DNA of 43,114 nt from a virus. Its lineage: Duplodnaviria > Caudoviricetes. Positions within the stretch are counted from its first letter, which is position 1, and every line of letters starts with the position of its first letter. The position numbers and the translations under genes were made by a program. Positions 1 to 7,543 of the stretch are shown here, in pieces. Where the stretch lies: IMG/VR virus record IMGVR_UViG_3300043690_000007, positions 1 through 43,114 of that record; one strand, 5' to 3'. The notes under the pieces were generated by a model. The model made no database searches. It had not been told where the DNA came from and worked only from the letters and a program-made list of their open reading frames with translations.

Positions 1-37
1 CGGGCCTGCAGGAGCCTGCTGGAACGGTTTCCACAGG
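1..37 (+). repeat. Early-region double-hairpin element, copy 0 (3' half; 5' start is at the window end)
   Basis: CCTGCAGG-AG-CCTG..TGGAA CGGT TTCCA CAGG matches the 3' half of the other copies. Confidence 0.85.
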
Positions 38-56
38 AGCCCAGAGGAGGGGCAGC

Positions 57-275
57 ATGAAGGACATGAAAATGGATATGGACGGGGCAATCGCCATGGT
101 CGACACCAATTGCACCCGCATCCCAATGCAGCACATGGCCAGGGCGCTGGCTATGCACTCTTGGAACAATACACCCGCCGATTGGGCCCGACTGGCTGCA
201 GCGCGCTACGTGCTGCGGCATTGGCAGGCCTACCAAGCCGAGTGTAACCGGCGGCGCGATAGGAGGGGGCGGTGA
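57..275 (+). CDS. Hypothetical early phage protein
   Basis: Strong GAGGAGG RBS, ATG start, 72 aa. Confidence 0.75.
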   Translation: MKDMKMDMDGAIAMVDTNCTRIPMQHMARALAMHSWNNTPADWARLAAARYVLRHWQAYQAECNRRRDRRGR

Positions 276-373
276 ACGCTATCGCCTTCGCCTTCGTGGC
301 CTACGTGGTCGCCTGCCTTGTGGTCGGGCTCGCAATCGGAGTGCGGGCCCTGCTACGGGGCGACGATCTGTGA
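272..373 (+). CDS. Small membrane peptide (33 aa)
   Basis: GTGA overlap with upstream stop, AGGAGG RBS; own translation VNAIAFAFVAYVVACLVVGLAIGVRALLRGDDL is one hydrophobic helix. Confidence 0.6.
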   Translation: MNAIAFAFVAYVVACLVVGLAIGVRALLRGDDL

Positions 374-390
374 GGAGAGAGGAGGTGAGC

Positions 391-570
391 ATGTATCGCG
401 TTTGGTGCCGTGAGGATCGAACCCCCGACGAGGAGCCTGGACCCTTGGTCTTGGCCACCAGTCGGATGTTTCCGACTAGGGTCGAGGCGGAGGCGTACGC
501 GGCCACAGTCAACCCCCAGCGCGAGCCCCAAGTGAGGCCCGCCCATTGGGGCGCGACGGGCTGGGAGTGA
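391..570 (+). CDS. Hypothetical early phage protein
   Basis: GGAGGT RBS, ATG at 391; stop codon is the first triplet of repeat copy 1. Confidence 0.75.
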   Translation: MYRVWCREDRTPDEEPGPLVLATSRMFPTRVEAEAYAATVNPQREPQVRPAHWGATGWE

Positions 571-628
571 CGGCAGACACCCTGCAGCGCACGTAGGCTG
601 CAGGAGCCTGCTGGATGGTCCAGACAGG
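568..628 (+). repeat. Double-hairpin element copy 1
   Basis: TGACGGCAGACAC-CCTGCAGC(8)GCTGCAGG-AG-CCTGCTGGATGGTCCAGACAGG. Confidence 0.95.
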
Positions 629-653
629 AAGCCCAGAGGAGGGGCAAAGCACT

Positions 654-1013
654 ATGGCAATAACGACGGTACAGCGGGCCATTATCAATATGGCCACGGG
701 GATGATCTGGGAGGTGTGCGACCCACACGCCCATAACGATGAGTTGGGCCTGATCCAGGACTTTGTCAGCGCCGCAGACAAGCGCGGCGCGGCGGAACAG
801 TTCGACGCGAACTACTCCCACGGGGGCGGGTGGCGCAAGTTCGACGGGTTTAAGTTCGACCCTGAGAAATTGACCCTGAAGTATCCCGGCGACCCTGCCT
901 ATCACTGTCTGTTTCGCTCGCATCTGCGGGACGAGACGATCTTGGTTTTCGGTAACGCCTGGGTGGTCATCCTGCAGAAGGACGGCACCTGGGAAGTATC
1001 CCGTATGGACTGA
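654..1013 (+). CDS. Hypothetical early phage protein
   Basis: GAGGAGG RBS, ATG at 654; protein-like composition (GGGWRKF..KYPGDP..WVVILQKDG). Confidence 0.8.
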   Translation: MAITTVQRAIINMATGMIWEVCDPHAHNDELGLIQDFVSAADKRGAAEQFDANYSHGGGWRKFDGFKFDPEKLTLKYPGDPAYHCLFRSHLRDETILVFGNAWVVILQKDGTWEVSRMD

Positions 1014-1071
1014 CGGCAGACACCCTGCAGCGCGCCTGTGGCGCTGCAGGAGCCTGTCGATGGTCGATGGG
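1011..1071 (+). repeat. Double-hairpin element copy 2
   Basis: TGACGGCAGACAC-CCTGCAGCGC(7)GCGCTGCAGG-AG-CCTGTCGA TGG TCGATGGG. Confidence 0.95.
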
Positions 1072-1096
1072 ACGCCCAGAGGAGGGGCAAAGCAAA

Positions 1097-1324
1097 ATGA
1101 GACGCGGTGGGCCCTACCAGGGGCACAAGAACTGGAACCACTGGAACGTGTGCCTGTGGCTCATGAATGACGAGCCACTGTATCGGCACTGCGTGGCCAT
1201 GGCGCGGCGCTACGGAAAAGACGTGGCGGCACACAAGCTGGCCAAAGAGTTCGACGGCCAGAAAACGCCTGACGGGGCACCCTATAGCAAGTCCGCTATC
1301 AGGGCGGCGCTCGTCGGCCTGTGA
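1097..1324 (+). CDS. Conserved-type small early phage protein
   Basis: RBS, ATG at 1097; YxGxxNWxxWNVxLWxxNDExLY pattern recalled from phage early proteins. Confidence 0.8.
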   Translation: MRRGGPYQGHKNWNHWNVCLWLMNDEPLYRHCVAMARRYGKDVAAHKLAKEFDGQKTPDGAPYSKSAIRAALVGL

Positions 1325-1336
1325 GGAGGTGAGTAC

Positions 1337-1576
1337 ATGAGCAAGGGCAATCATCAGTTTCGAGTGACGGGGCGCTATCCGTTCCCCGTGGACATGCTGC
1401 GGTACGATTGCTGCTGGCCAGCTAGTAGCGAGGATGGCCACAAGATTGAGCAGTCCATCCGGCGCGAAAGCGAGGGGGCGGTGACGGTCACGCTCTACAC
1501 GGGCTATCCGTCAGCCCCGACCGTGGCGCGCTGGAAGTCGTTCGGGTGGACGGTCGATCCAACGTCCTACTACTGA
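1337..1576 (+). CDS. Hypothetical early phage protein
   Basis: GAGGAGGT RBS; FPxDMLRYDxCWP...RWxSFGW pattern. Confidence 0.8.
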   Translation: MSKGNHQFRVTGRYPFPVDMLRYDCCWPASSEDGHKIEQSIRRESEGAVTVTLYTGYPSAPTVARWKSFGWTVDPTSYY

Positions 1577-1650
1577 CGGCAGACACCCTGCAGGGCGGCA
1601 CACCCTGCAGGAGCCTGCTGATGGTGCAGGGGCGCTGGAATGGTCCAGCG
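1574..1650 (+). repeat. Double-hairpin element copy 3, with an extra ATGG-loop hairpin
   Basis: TGACGGCAGACAC-CCTGCAGGG(7)CCCTGCAGG-AG-CCTGC TGATGGT GCAGG, then CGCTGGA ATGG TCCAGCG. Confidence 0.95.
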
Positions 1651-1671
1651 TCGAAACCTTGAGGAGGTTAC

Positions 1672-1896
1672 ATGCCTAAGAGTTGGAAGCCGGTCGTCCA
1701 AGTGGGCGATGGCGGTGACACGGAAAAGTGGAGCGAAAACGGGCTCCGGTTCGCCACGCGAGAGGAGGCGGCGGACAACGCGCGCGACTTGATGCGGCGA
1801 TGGATGCTGGTCCTGCGCTGCGACGCGCACGAGAGCGACGACGAGCCCAATTACCGTTGGGTGGATGGCAAGCTGGAGGCGCTGCCTACAGCCTGA
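1672..1896 (+). CDS. Hypothetical early phage protein
   Basis: GAGGAGGT RBS, 74 aa, stop in repeat copy 4. Confidence 0.8.
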   Translation: MPKSWKPVVQVGDGGDTEKWSENGLRFATREEAADNARDLMRRWMLVLRCDAHESDDEPNYRWVDGKLEALPTA

Positions 1897-1957
1897 CGGC
1901 AGACACCCTGCAGGGGCGCTGGGCCTCTGCAGGAGCCTGCTGGCATGGTGCCAGAGG
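1894..1957 (+). repeat. Double-hairpin element copy 4
   Basis: TGACGGCAGACAC-CCTGCAGGGG(7)CCTCTGCAGG-AG-CCTGCTGGCA TGG TGCCAGAGG. Confidence 0.95.
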
Positions 1958-1981
1958 GGCCCAGAAAGTGAGGAGGTATTG

Positions 1982-2149
1982 ATGCCCGAATGGGAGGTCG
2001 TATTGTCCGAAACCTACCAAGACGTTTGTCGGCTGGAGGTGCCCGGTGGCTACATTTACCGGGTGCGCGAGATGGGATTGGCCGAGGACTCCCCAACCAT
2101 CATCAGCACGGTTTTTGTTCCCTGTGAGGTTCCGGGAAAGGCGGACTGA
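1982..2149 (+). CDS. Hypothetical early phage protein (55 aa)
   Basis: GAGGAGGT RBS, ATG at 1982; RLEVPGGYIYR pattern; stop in repeat copy 5. Confidence 0.75.
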   Translation: MPEWEVVLSETYQDVCRLEVPGGYIYRVREMGLAEDSPTIISTVFVPCEVPGKAD

Positions 2150-2208
2150 CGGCAGACACCCTGCAGCGTCACCCGGCGCTGCAGGAGCCTGCTGGGTGGT
2201 CCAGTAGG
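2147..2208 (+). repeat. Double-hairpin element copy 5
   Basis: TGACGGCAGACAC-CCTGCAGCGTC ACCC GGCGCTGCAGG-AG-CCTGCTGG GTGGT CCAGTAGG. Confidence 0.95.
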
Positions 2209-2230
2209 GTGCAACTGAGGAGGAGCATCA

Positions 2231-2443
2231 ATGGCTGAGAGATATTGGATAGGGCCTGTGCCTGATACGGATGACTTCGGTCTACCGATCACAGACACGT
2301 TCGTGGACGGGGCGACTGTCTACGGGCCCTGGGGCTTCATGAACCCCACGAGCTTCATGACCAAGGGGCGCGGCCTGGGAACGGGGCGCGGCCAGAAGTA
2401 CCGAAAGCAGCCTGACGGGCGGTGGCTGAAGGTAGGTGGCTGA
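2231..2443 (+). CDS. Hypothetical early phage protein
   Basis: GAGGAGG RBS; DGxTxxGPW...GxGLGxGxGQxY pattern. Confidence 0.8.
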   Translation: MAERYWIGPVPDTDDFGLPITDTFVDGATVYGPWGFMNPTSFMTKGRGLGTGRGQKYRKQPDGRWLKVGG

Positions 2444-2724
2444 TGGACAGCAAAATCATCTACGACAAGCACGGTCACGCCGTCACGTTCGTAGGCGCTG
2501 ATGCCGTCGCCCTGTATCGGGCGGCGGCTATCGCGTCGGCGCTGCGGTTCTATGCCAAGACAGGCATGAAGGTGAACACGGCCTACACGCCTACGAACAT
2601 GCTGAAGGCGGCGACCGGGATCACCGGCAAGGCCTACAAGCGCGGCCAATACACCCAGGCGGCGGCTGATCTGAGCGTCTGGGTGGAAACCATGAAGGCG
2701 GCGCTGCCGCACGAGGAGGGGTAA
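2443..2724 (+). CDS. Hypothetical early phage protein
   Basis: TGATG coupling; ITGKAYKRGQY basic motif. Confidence 0.8.
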   Translation: MDSKIIYDKHGHAVTFVGADAVALYRAAAIASALRFYAKTGMKVNTAYTPTNMLKAATGITGKAYKRGQYTQAAADLSVWVETMKAALPHEEG

Positions 2725-2936
2725 TGAGCGCGGCTCGCAAAGCCCAGCGCGAGACGCTGCAGGCCTACATCACAGCCCAGCTAGGCTGGATCAAGGCGCG
2801 CGGCGGCACGCTGCACGGATATCAAGCGTACTACGGCAAGCGGTCGGGCAAACGCTTCTACAAGGCCGATCAAGCCCAGCTAGAGCGGTTCGAGGCGAAG
2901 CTGCGGGAGTTCGACGGGCCGCAACTGGAGGGCTGA
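2724..2936 (+). CDS. Hypothetical early phage protein
   Basis: TAATG coupling, GAGGAGG RBS, stop in repeat copy 6. Confidence 0.75.
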   Translation: MSAARKAQRETLQAYITAQLGWIKARGGTLHGYQAYYGKRSGKRFYKADQAQLERFEAKLREFDGPQLEG

Positions 2937-3001
2937 CCGGCAGACACCCTGCAGGCCTGTCACAGGGGCCTGCAGGAGCCTGCTGGCATGGTGCCTGTAG
3001 G
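2934..3001 (+). repeat. Double-hairpin element copy 6
   Basis: TGACCGGCAGACAC-CCTGCAGGCC(9)GGCCTGCAGG-AG-CCTGCTGGCA TGG TGCCTGTAGG. Confidence 0.95.
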
Positions 3002-3018
3002 AAACTGAGGAGGAGTAA

Positions 3019-3135
3019 ATGTTTGCGCTTGCTTGGCATCTGATCGAGTTGGGGGCGTGCATCGCCATCATTCTCGGCGGGATCACCCTGGTCCTGAACA
3101 TCATCGTCGCGCTGCTCACAGGGAGGGGGCCGTGA
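3019..3135 (+). CDS. Small membrane peptide (38 aa)
   Basis: GAGGAGG RBS; own translation MFALAWHLIELGACIAIILGGITLVLNIIVALLTGRGP. Confidence 0.7.
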   Translation: MFALAWHLIELGACIAIILGGITLVLNIIVALLTGRGP

Positions 3136-3344
3136 GCGCCCGGTCAAAGCTGCCCGTGCCGACGCCAACGCCGCACGAGCTGCAGGCGGCGCGCAACCGG
3201 CTGGGGCTTACCCGGCTGGAGTTTGCCACCCGGCTCAACGTCTATGTTCGCACGCTGGACGGTTGGGAATATCACGGCGTGCGTCCCCCATCGTGCCTCG
3301 CCATCGCGCTGAAGCACATTCTTGAGGAGGCCAACCATGGCTGA
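3132..3344 (+). CDS. XRE-family HTH protein
   Basis: GTGA overlap; LQAARNRLGLTRLEFATRLNVYVRTLDGWE is a typical XRE HTH. Confidence 0.85.
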   Translation: MSARSKLPVPTPTPHELQAARNRLGLTRLEFATRLNVYVRTLDGWEYHGVRPPSCLAIALKHILEEANHG

Positions 3345-3741
3345 TCGCAAGCCCGCTGCGGGCGTCTTCATCGACCAAGACCCGATCATCGACAAGGTGC
3401 GGACAGTCGTCCACAACGACCCGCGCTCTTATGACGGGATCGCCCACGCAACCCATGGCCAGATCACGGGGGCGACAATTCGCAACTGGCTGTGGGGCAA
3501 CACCAAGCGCCCCCAATGGCACAAGGTGACCGCCGTTTTGAACGCCTGCGAGGTGGACGTTCTGACGCGGTACCGGGCGACCGGGCTGGATGTCATCCCG
3601 GACCAATCGCTCGCAAAAGCGTATGCCGATATCCACCGGCAGAACGTGCTTGCGCGCCAGAACGCCATACTGGCCAGGGCGAAGGCGGCTAAGGCCAGGA
3701 GGACCACACTCAAACTGAAGCCAGAGGAGGGCGGACAATGA
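3337..3741 (+). CDS. HTH (XRE-like) DNA-binding protein
   Basis: GAGGAGG RBS; SYDGIA...ITGATIRNWLWGNTKRPQ. Confidence 0.7.
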   Translation: MADRKPAAGVFIDQDPIIDKVRTVVHNDPRSYDGIAHATHGQITGATIRNWLWGNTKRPQWHKVTAVLNACEVDVLTRYRATGLDVIPDQSLAKAYADIHRQNVLARQNAILARAKAAKARRTTLKLKPEEGGQ

Positions 3742-4436
3742 GAGCGTCACAGATCGTAAATGTGAAGGGCAGGTCGAAAGCCTCCCTGTTCTTCAGGGCC
3801 GGGGAGTTTCCCGGCACCCGCTACGTCAAGTTCGACGGAACACTGGCCACGGGGCTGCGGCTGGTCCAGCAAGCGGGGCCGGGGCCAGATATCTACCTCA
3901 TCAACGCCCGCAACCTGTCCATCAGTATTCCCAACGACCATCGGGGCGAGCAGCCAGAGGGGCGCACCGATGGCGGGCAAGAGTTGACGGTTGCCAGCAA
4001 CGCGGACGGCGTGATGGTGCTGGAGCCCTATACCTTCAGGGTGCAGCCGCCCGACGCCAAGCGGCACTTCGTGGGGCCGGGGCCACGCAAGACCAACGCC
4101 GTGGCCACTTGGTCGCGGAAGGATATCAGCGGCGGGCGGCACGTCACGGCTGCGGGCGTCGTGCGGGAGCGCCTAAGCAACGTCCATCGGATCGACGCCT
4201 GGGTGACCGACGACCATGCCCTGCACCTCACCCAACGCGAGGCGCAAGCCTACCTCGCGCACAGGGAGCGGGTGAAGATACTGGATCAACTGTCCGGCCT
4301 GCAGGTCACCCGCGTGTTGCTCGATATAGATGACAATGTCGTCGTCATGTTCGCCAACGGGCAGGCGCTGCGGGTGAGCCCGTTGCCGGGGGGTGAACTG
4401 GTCCTGGGTATCCAGGGCGCGTTCACACAGGTGTGA
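3738..4436 (+). CDS. Hypothetical protein
   Basis: ATGA overlap, GAGGAGG RBS, 232 aa. Confidence 0.7.
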   Translation: MRASQIVNVKGRSKASLFFRAGEFPGTRYVKFDGTLATGLRLVQQAGPGPDIYLINARNLSISIPNDHRGEQPEGRTDGGQELTVASNADGVMVLEPYTFRVQPPDAKRHFVGPGPRKTNAVATWSRKDISGGRHVTAAGVVRERLSNVHRIDAWVTDDHALHLTQREAQAYLAHRERVKILDQLSGLQVTRVLLDIDDNVVVMFANGQALRVSPLPGGELVLGIQGAFTQV

Positions 4437-4696
4437 CCATGGGCAAGCCCTTCAAGGTCGTGATCCAGCCGATCACGCCAGGGCATCCATGCCGACGCTG
4501 GCGACCACGCCCAATGGGCATGGACAGCCAGCCGGTCGATGCCGCGCAGTACATCGCGGTGCAAACGGTGGCACTCGACATTTTCGCCGATTGCACCAAT
4601 GCCGGGATGCCGCTGCAGGACACCCTTGCCGCCATCTACTACAGCGGCGTCCACCACACCCTTGAAACCCTCAAGGAGAAGGGGTCAGCGGCGTAG
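4433..4696 (+). CDS. Hypothetical protein
   Basis: GTGA overlap; last gene of the rightward unit, converging on the helicase. Confidence 0.6.
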   Translation: MTMGKPFKVVIQPITPGHPCRRWRPRPMGMDSQPVDAAQYIAVQTVALDIFADCTNAGMPLQDTLAAIYYSGVHHTLETLKEKGSAA

Positions 4697-5584
4697 CGCC
4701 GTTTCATTGTGCCAGTCGTGCAGGGGGCGGTCCCTCTGCACGACGAACACGCCGCGCTCCCAGCGCAACGGGATGTTGCCGCCGTTCTTCCCATAATTGT
4801 TTTTCATCGTCTTTAGCTCGCGCCGGTCGGGGTCCACCGGGTCGCTGCCGTTCTTGGGCTTGGGCGGGTCTGTCAGGTACATGCGACCGCGCACGTCATT
4901 GTGCCACGCGCCGCTGCCGAACCTGCCGCTGCCGCTATTCAGCCCCTCATTGGAGGGGTGCGCCGACAGGATCACGGCTCCCTGCATTTCGACCGCCAAG
5001 CGCCGCAGCATGAGCAGGAACTGGCTCACCTGCTTTTCATTCACTTCGCTACCGCCGTACACCTTGCGGACGGTATCCAGCGCCAGCACGCGGATGCCGA
5101 GTTCCCGCACCTTGTGGCACAGCTGGTCCCACAGGCCGTACTTCTCCATTTCATCGGTGAATTTGTCGAACCCGGCCAGATAGGACAGCATGTTGAGACG
5201 GGACTGCAGGTACAGATGGTCGGCCATTTCGGCCATGTCGCACTGGTAGAACTGGTTGATGTCCATCTGGCGGATTTGAAGCTCCTCCTCCGAATCCTCG
5301 CAGAAGATACCCAGCACCGGCATTTGGTTGCAGGTATGGCCAACCCACTGGTCACCCAGCGCGAGCGCCGTCAGAAGCTGCTGGATCAGCAACGACTTGC
5401 CCTTGCCGCCGTCACCGCTGAGCATGACCACCTGCCCCTCCGGGATCAGCCCCTCAACCACCCAGCGCCGCTGGGGCTTGGCGCGGCCCTCCCAGCGGGC
5501 CACGGAGAACACCTCGAATTGTTCCAATAAGGTCGCGCGCTGCCACTGGTCGGGCGCGATTACATTCCCGTTATTCATCCCCAT
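4685..5584 (-). CDS. RecA-like AAA ATPase / replicative helicase (AAA_25, RepA-like)
   Basis: Walker A GDGGKGKS, CEDS, Walker B VLALDT, AHPS, GSGAW...R motifs. Confidence 0.9.
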   Translation of the reverse strand: MGMNNGNVIAPDQWQRATLLEQFEVFSVARWEGRAKPQRRWVVEGLIPEGQVVMLSGDGGKGKSLLIQQLLTALALGDQWVGHTCNQMPVLGIFCEDSEEELQIRQMDINQFYQCDMAEMADHLYLQSRLNMLSYLAGFDKFTDEMEKYGLWDQLCHKVRELGIRVLALDTVRKVYGGSEVNEKQVSQFLLMLRRLAVEMQGAVILSAHPSNEGLNSGSGRFGSGAWHNDVRGRMYLTDPPKPKNGSDPVDPDRRELKTMKNNYGKNGGNIPLRWERGVFVVQRDRPLHDWHNETALRR

Positions 5585-5620
5585 AGTCCTGTACTGAGCG
5601 TTTTGCGGTCGATTATTTGG

Positions 5621-5800
5621 TTAATGCTTTGCGCCTGGAGGCGATGGGGGAGGCGGGCGCGGCGGGGGCCACTTCGGGATGCCGTTGACGTTGTGCTGGC
5701 AGGTCGGGCAGGCCCAGCCATGCCCGGCCATCCACTCCAGCCGCTGCCCCCGTGTGCCGCAATGCTCGCACTTGGTCAGGGTCGCGCCGTCAGCCGCCAA
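5621..5800 (-). CDS. Small Zn-ribbon protein with Pro-rich tail (59 aa)
   Basis: Own translation from TTG: ..CEHCG..WACPTCQ..WPPPRPPPPSPP; fills the primase-helicase gap; weak RBS. Confidence 0.5.
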   Translation of the reverse strand: MAADGATLTKCEHCGTRGQRLEWMAGHGWACPTCQHNVNGIPKWPPPRPPPPSPPGAKH

Positions 5801-6725
5801 GGCAGGCGTTCCAGTCTTTGTGCCCCACAGGCTGCTGGATCACGATGTCGAGATCGCGGCGGCGACTCCCCAGCTTGCTCGCGGCCAGGGCGGACAACTT
5901 CTCGCCCGAGGCATCGCTGTCACCGAACAGCACGACCCGCTTGATGTGATCCGGCACGTCCACCGAGCCCATGCGCGCCTCGCCGCACGAGGCCCACACC
6001 GGGATGGAGAACAGCTGCATGGCGGACAGGCCATCCTCGATGCTGCCAGCGATGCCCAGCATGTCGCCCCAGGCGGGGGCCAACCGGACAGCACCGTGCC
6101 CCAACACCCCCAGGCTGGTTTTGTGGCGCTTGCCTTCGATCCTGATGGCGTCTCCCGTGGCCGTGTCTAGCCACACGCGCTGGATGCCGGTCACCGCGCC
6201 TGCCGGGCTCTGGATCGCGCCGACAAGCGCAGGGTAATTGCGCTCGGTCTGGCCATCGTAACATTCTGCAACATAGCCCAGCTGGTCGCGGAGCGGCACG
6301 TTGATGCGGCGGACATGGCGCAGGTAGGTGTGGGCCAGGGTGCCGATCACCGGCTCGCGCTTCATCCAGACATTGTGGGCATGGGCGATCCGGCGGGCGT
6401 CATCCTCGCGTTCGGACAGCACCGGGAATTGAGCCTGGACGCGGTCGCGCTTGGGCAGGTCCACCTCGCGGCCCAGCAGCTTCTCCACCGCTGCGCTGAA
6501 GCTGCAGCCGTCGTTCTGCATCACCCAGTCGATGGCGTCACCGTTCGCGCCACAACCGAAGCAGTGGAAGAAGCCCTTGTCCGTGACGTAGAAGCTCGGC
6601 GTGCGCTCGTTGTGGAAGGGGCACAGCCCCACCAAGTCATGGCCCCGGCGCTTCAGCGCCACGCTCTGGCCGACAATATCTGACAGCTGGACAGCCTTCG
6701 CTGCCTCTACATCCCTCGTGTCCAT
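5790..6725 (-). CDS. DNA primase (CHC2 zinc finger + Toprim)
   Basis: GLCPFHNERTPSF..FFHCFGCG zinc finger; C-terminal FGDSD and KDWN Toprim features. Confidence 0.92.
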   Translation of the reverse strand: MDTRDVEAAKAVQLSDIVGQSVALKRRGHDLVGLCPFHNERTPSFYVTDKGFFHCFGCGANGDAIDWVMQNDGCSFSAAVEKLLGREVDLPKRDRVQAQFPVLSEREDDARRIAHAHNVWMKREPVIGTLAHTYLRHVRRINVPLRDQLGYVAECYDGQTERNYPALVGAIQSPAGAVTGIQRVWLDTATGDAIRIEGKRHKTSLGVLGHGAVRLAPAWGDMLGIAGSIEDGLSAMQLFSIPVWASCGEARMGSVDVPDHIKRVVLFGDSDASGEKLSALAASKLGSRRRDLDIVIQQPVGHKDWNACLGG

Positions 6726-6824
6726 AAGCGCCCCCTCTTTGCCCTTACGCTAGGGCAAGGGAGGGGGGCGGCGTCAATCGAATTAAACGAAACGGATTAG
6801 GTGCGATTACCCAGGTAGAAATAC

Positions 6825-7235
6825 CTACGGGGTCACGTCGTAGACGCTGATCGACAGGCCGGGCGCGGACCAGTACCGCTTGTTGATCGTGGCGCTGACG
6901 ATCTGTGCGTCATCCCGCCACACGATGCCGCTGAGCCCGTCCAACATCTTCAGGATGTTGTCCACATCAGGCTTCTTTGTCGGCAGCTCCAGCCCCTGCA
7001 GGGCGCGCTCGCGGCGCTTCTTGCTCCAGCTGGCTGGGACATCCATCGCGACATCGAGGACCACGCGCAGCGGCACCTCCAGCGGCGGGCGACCCGCCAT
7101 CTGCTCCTGCCCGGCCATGCGAAGCGCCGCCTCGTAGTTCACGGTTTCTTTGGGCGTGTAGGCGTGCCCGGTCTTCCGCATGAAGCGCGGCCTGCCTTTG
7201 CCGCGCACCGGCCCGGCTAGATAGATTTCGATCAT
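6825..7235 (-). CDS. rusA: RusA-family Holliday junction resolvase
   Basis: GKGRPRF N-terminus, KPDVDNILK..D..WRDDAQIV catalytic motif. Confidence 0.92.
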   Translation of the reverse strand: MIEIYLAGPVRGKGRPRFMRKTGHAYTPKETVNYEAALRMAGQEQMAGRPPLEVPLRVVLDVAMDVPASWSKKRRERALQGLELPTKKPDVDNILKMLDGLSGIVWRDDAQIVSATINKRYWSAPGLSISVYDVTP

Positions 7236-7459
7236 TGGTCCTGCTGCTGCCGGTCGAACCAGTTGACGCAGTCGCTGACGGTGACTGCGCCGCCGGTCGC
7301 CACCTCAATGGCGATCAGCGTTTTGACGGCGGGCTCGCGACCGCCGATGACGTGGTAAAGGGTGGTTTTGGACAGGCCGTGTTCTGCGGCCCAGGCGAAG
7401 ATTGAATAACCCTGCTCGTACAGCCACGCATCGAGTGGGTGGGGTTCATCGTTGCTCAT
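7232..7459 (-). CDS. Cro/XRE-like HTH regulator
   Basis: WAAEHGLSKTTLYHVIGGREP..IEVATGGAVT; first gene of a divergent pair. Confidence 0.8.
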   Translation of the reverse strand: MSNDEPHPLDAWLYEQGYSIFAWAAEHGLSKTTLYHVIGGREPAVKTLIAIEVATGGAVTVSDCVNWFDRQQQDQ

Positions 7460-7470
7460 AGGGGGTAATC

Positions 7471-7507
7471 ATATAGCACTAGCATTTCCCGCTGGCGAGA
7501 CTTATAG
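7471..7507. promoter_or_regulatory. Overlapping divergent sigma70-like promoters
   Basis: Minus: CTCGCC-N17-CTATAT (7499-7471); plus: CTAGCA-N17-TTATAG (7479-7507); resembles the rhizobial CTTGAC-N17-CTATAT consensus. Confidence 0.55.
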
Positions 7508-7543
7508 ACCGTGGGTCGAGTAAGCTGAACCAGAGGAGGAGAG

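Noticed and set aside
568-628. Hammerhead ribozyme or c-di-GMP-I riboswitch
   Set aside because: CTGACGG is not CUGANGA and there is no conserved GAAA; GGCAGAC/AGCC/ATGGT only superficially resemble GEMM, with no GNRA loop or GACGCAAAG
568-3001. CRISPR array
   Set aside because: Intervals are hundreds of bp, unequal and protein-coding; repeats have variable interiors; no cas genes
568-3001. Canonical integron attC array
   Set aside because: No RYYYAAC...GTTRRRY core pair and no tyrosine recombinase in the genome; only the organisation is analogous
568-3001. Intrinsic terminators
   Set aside because: No U-tract after either stem on either strand
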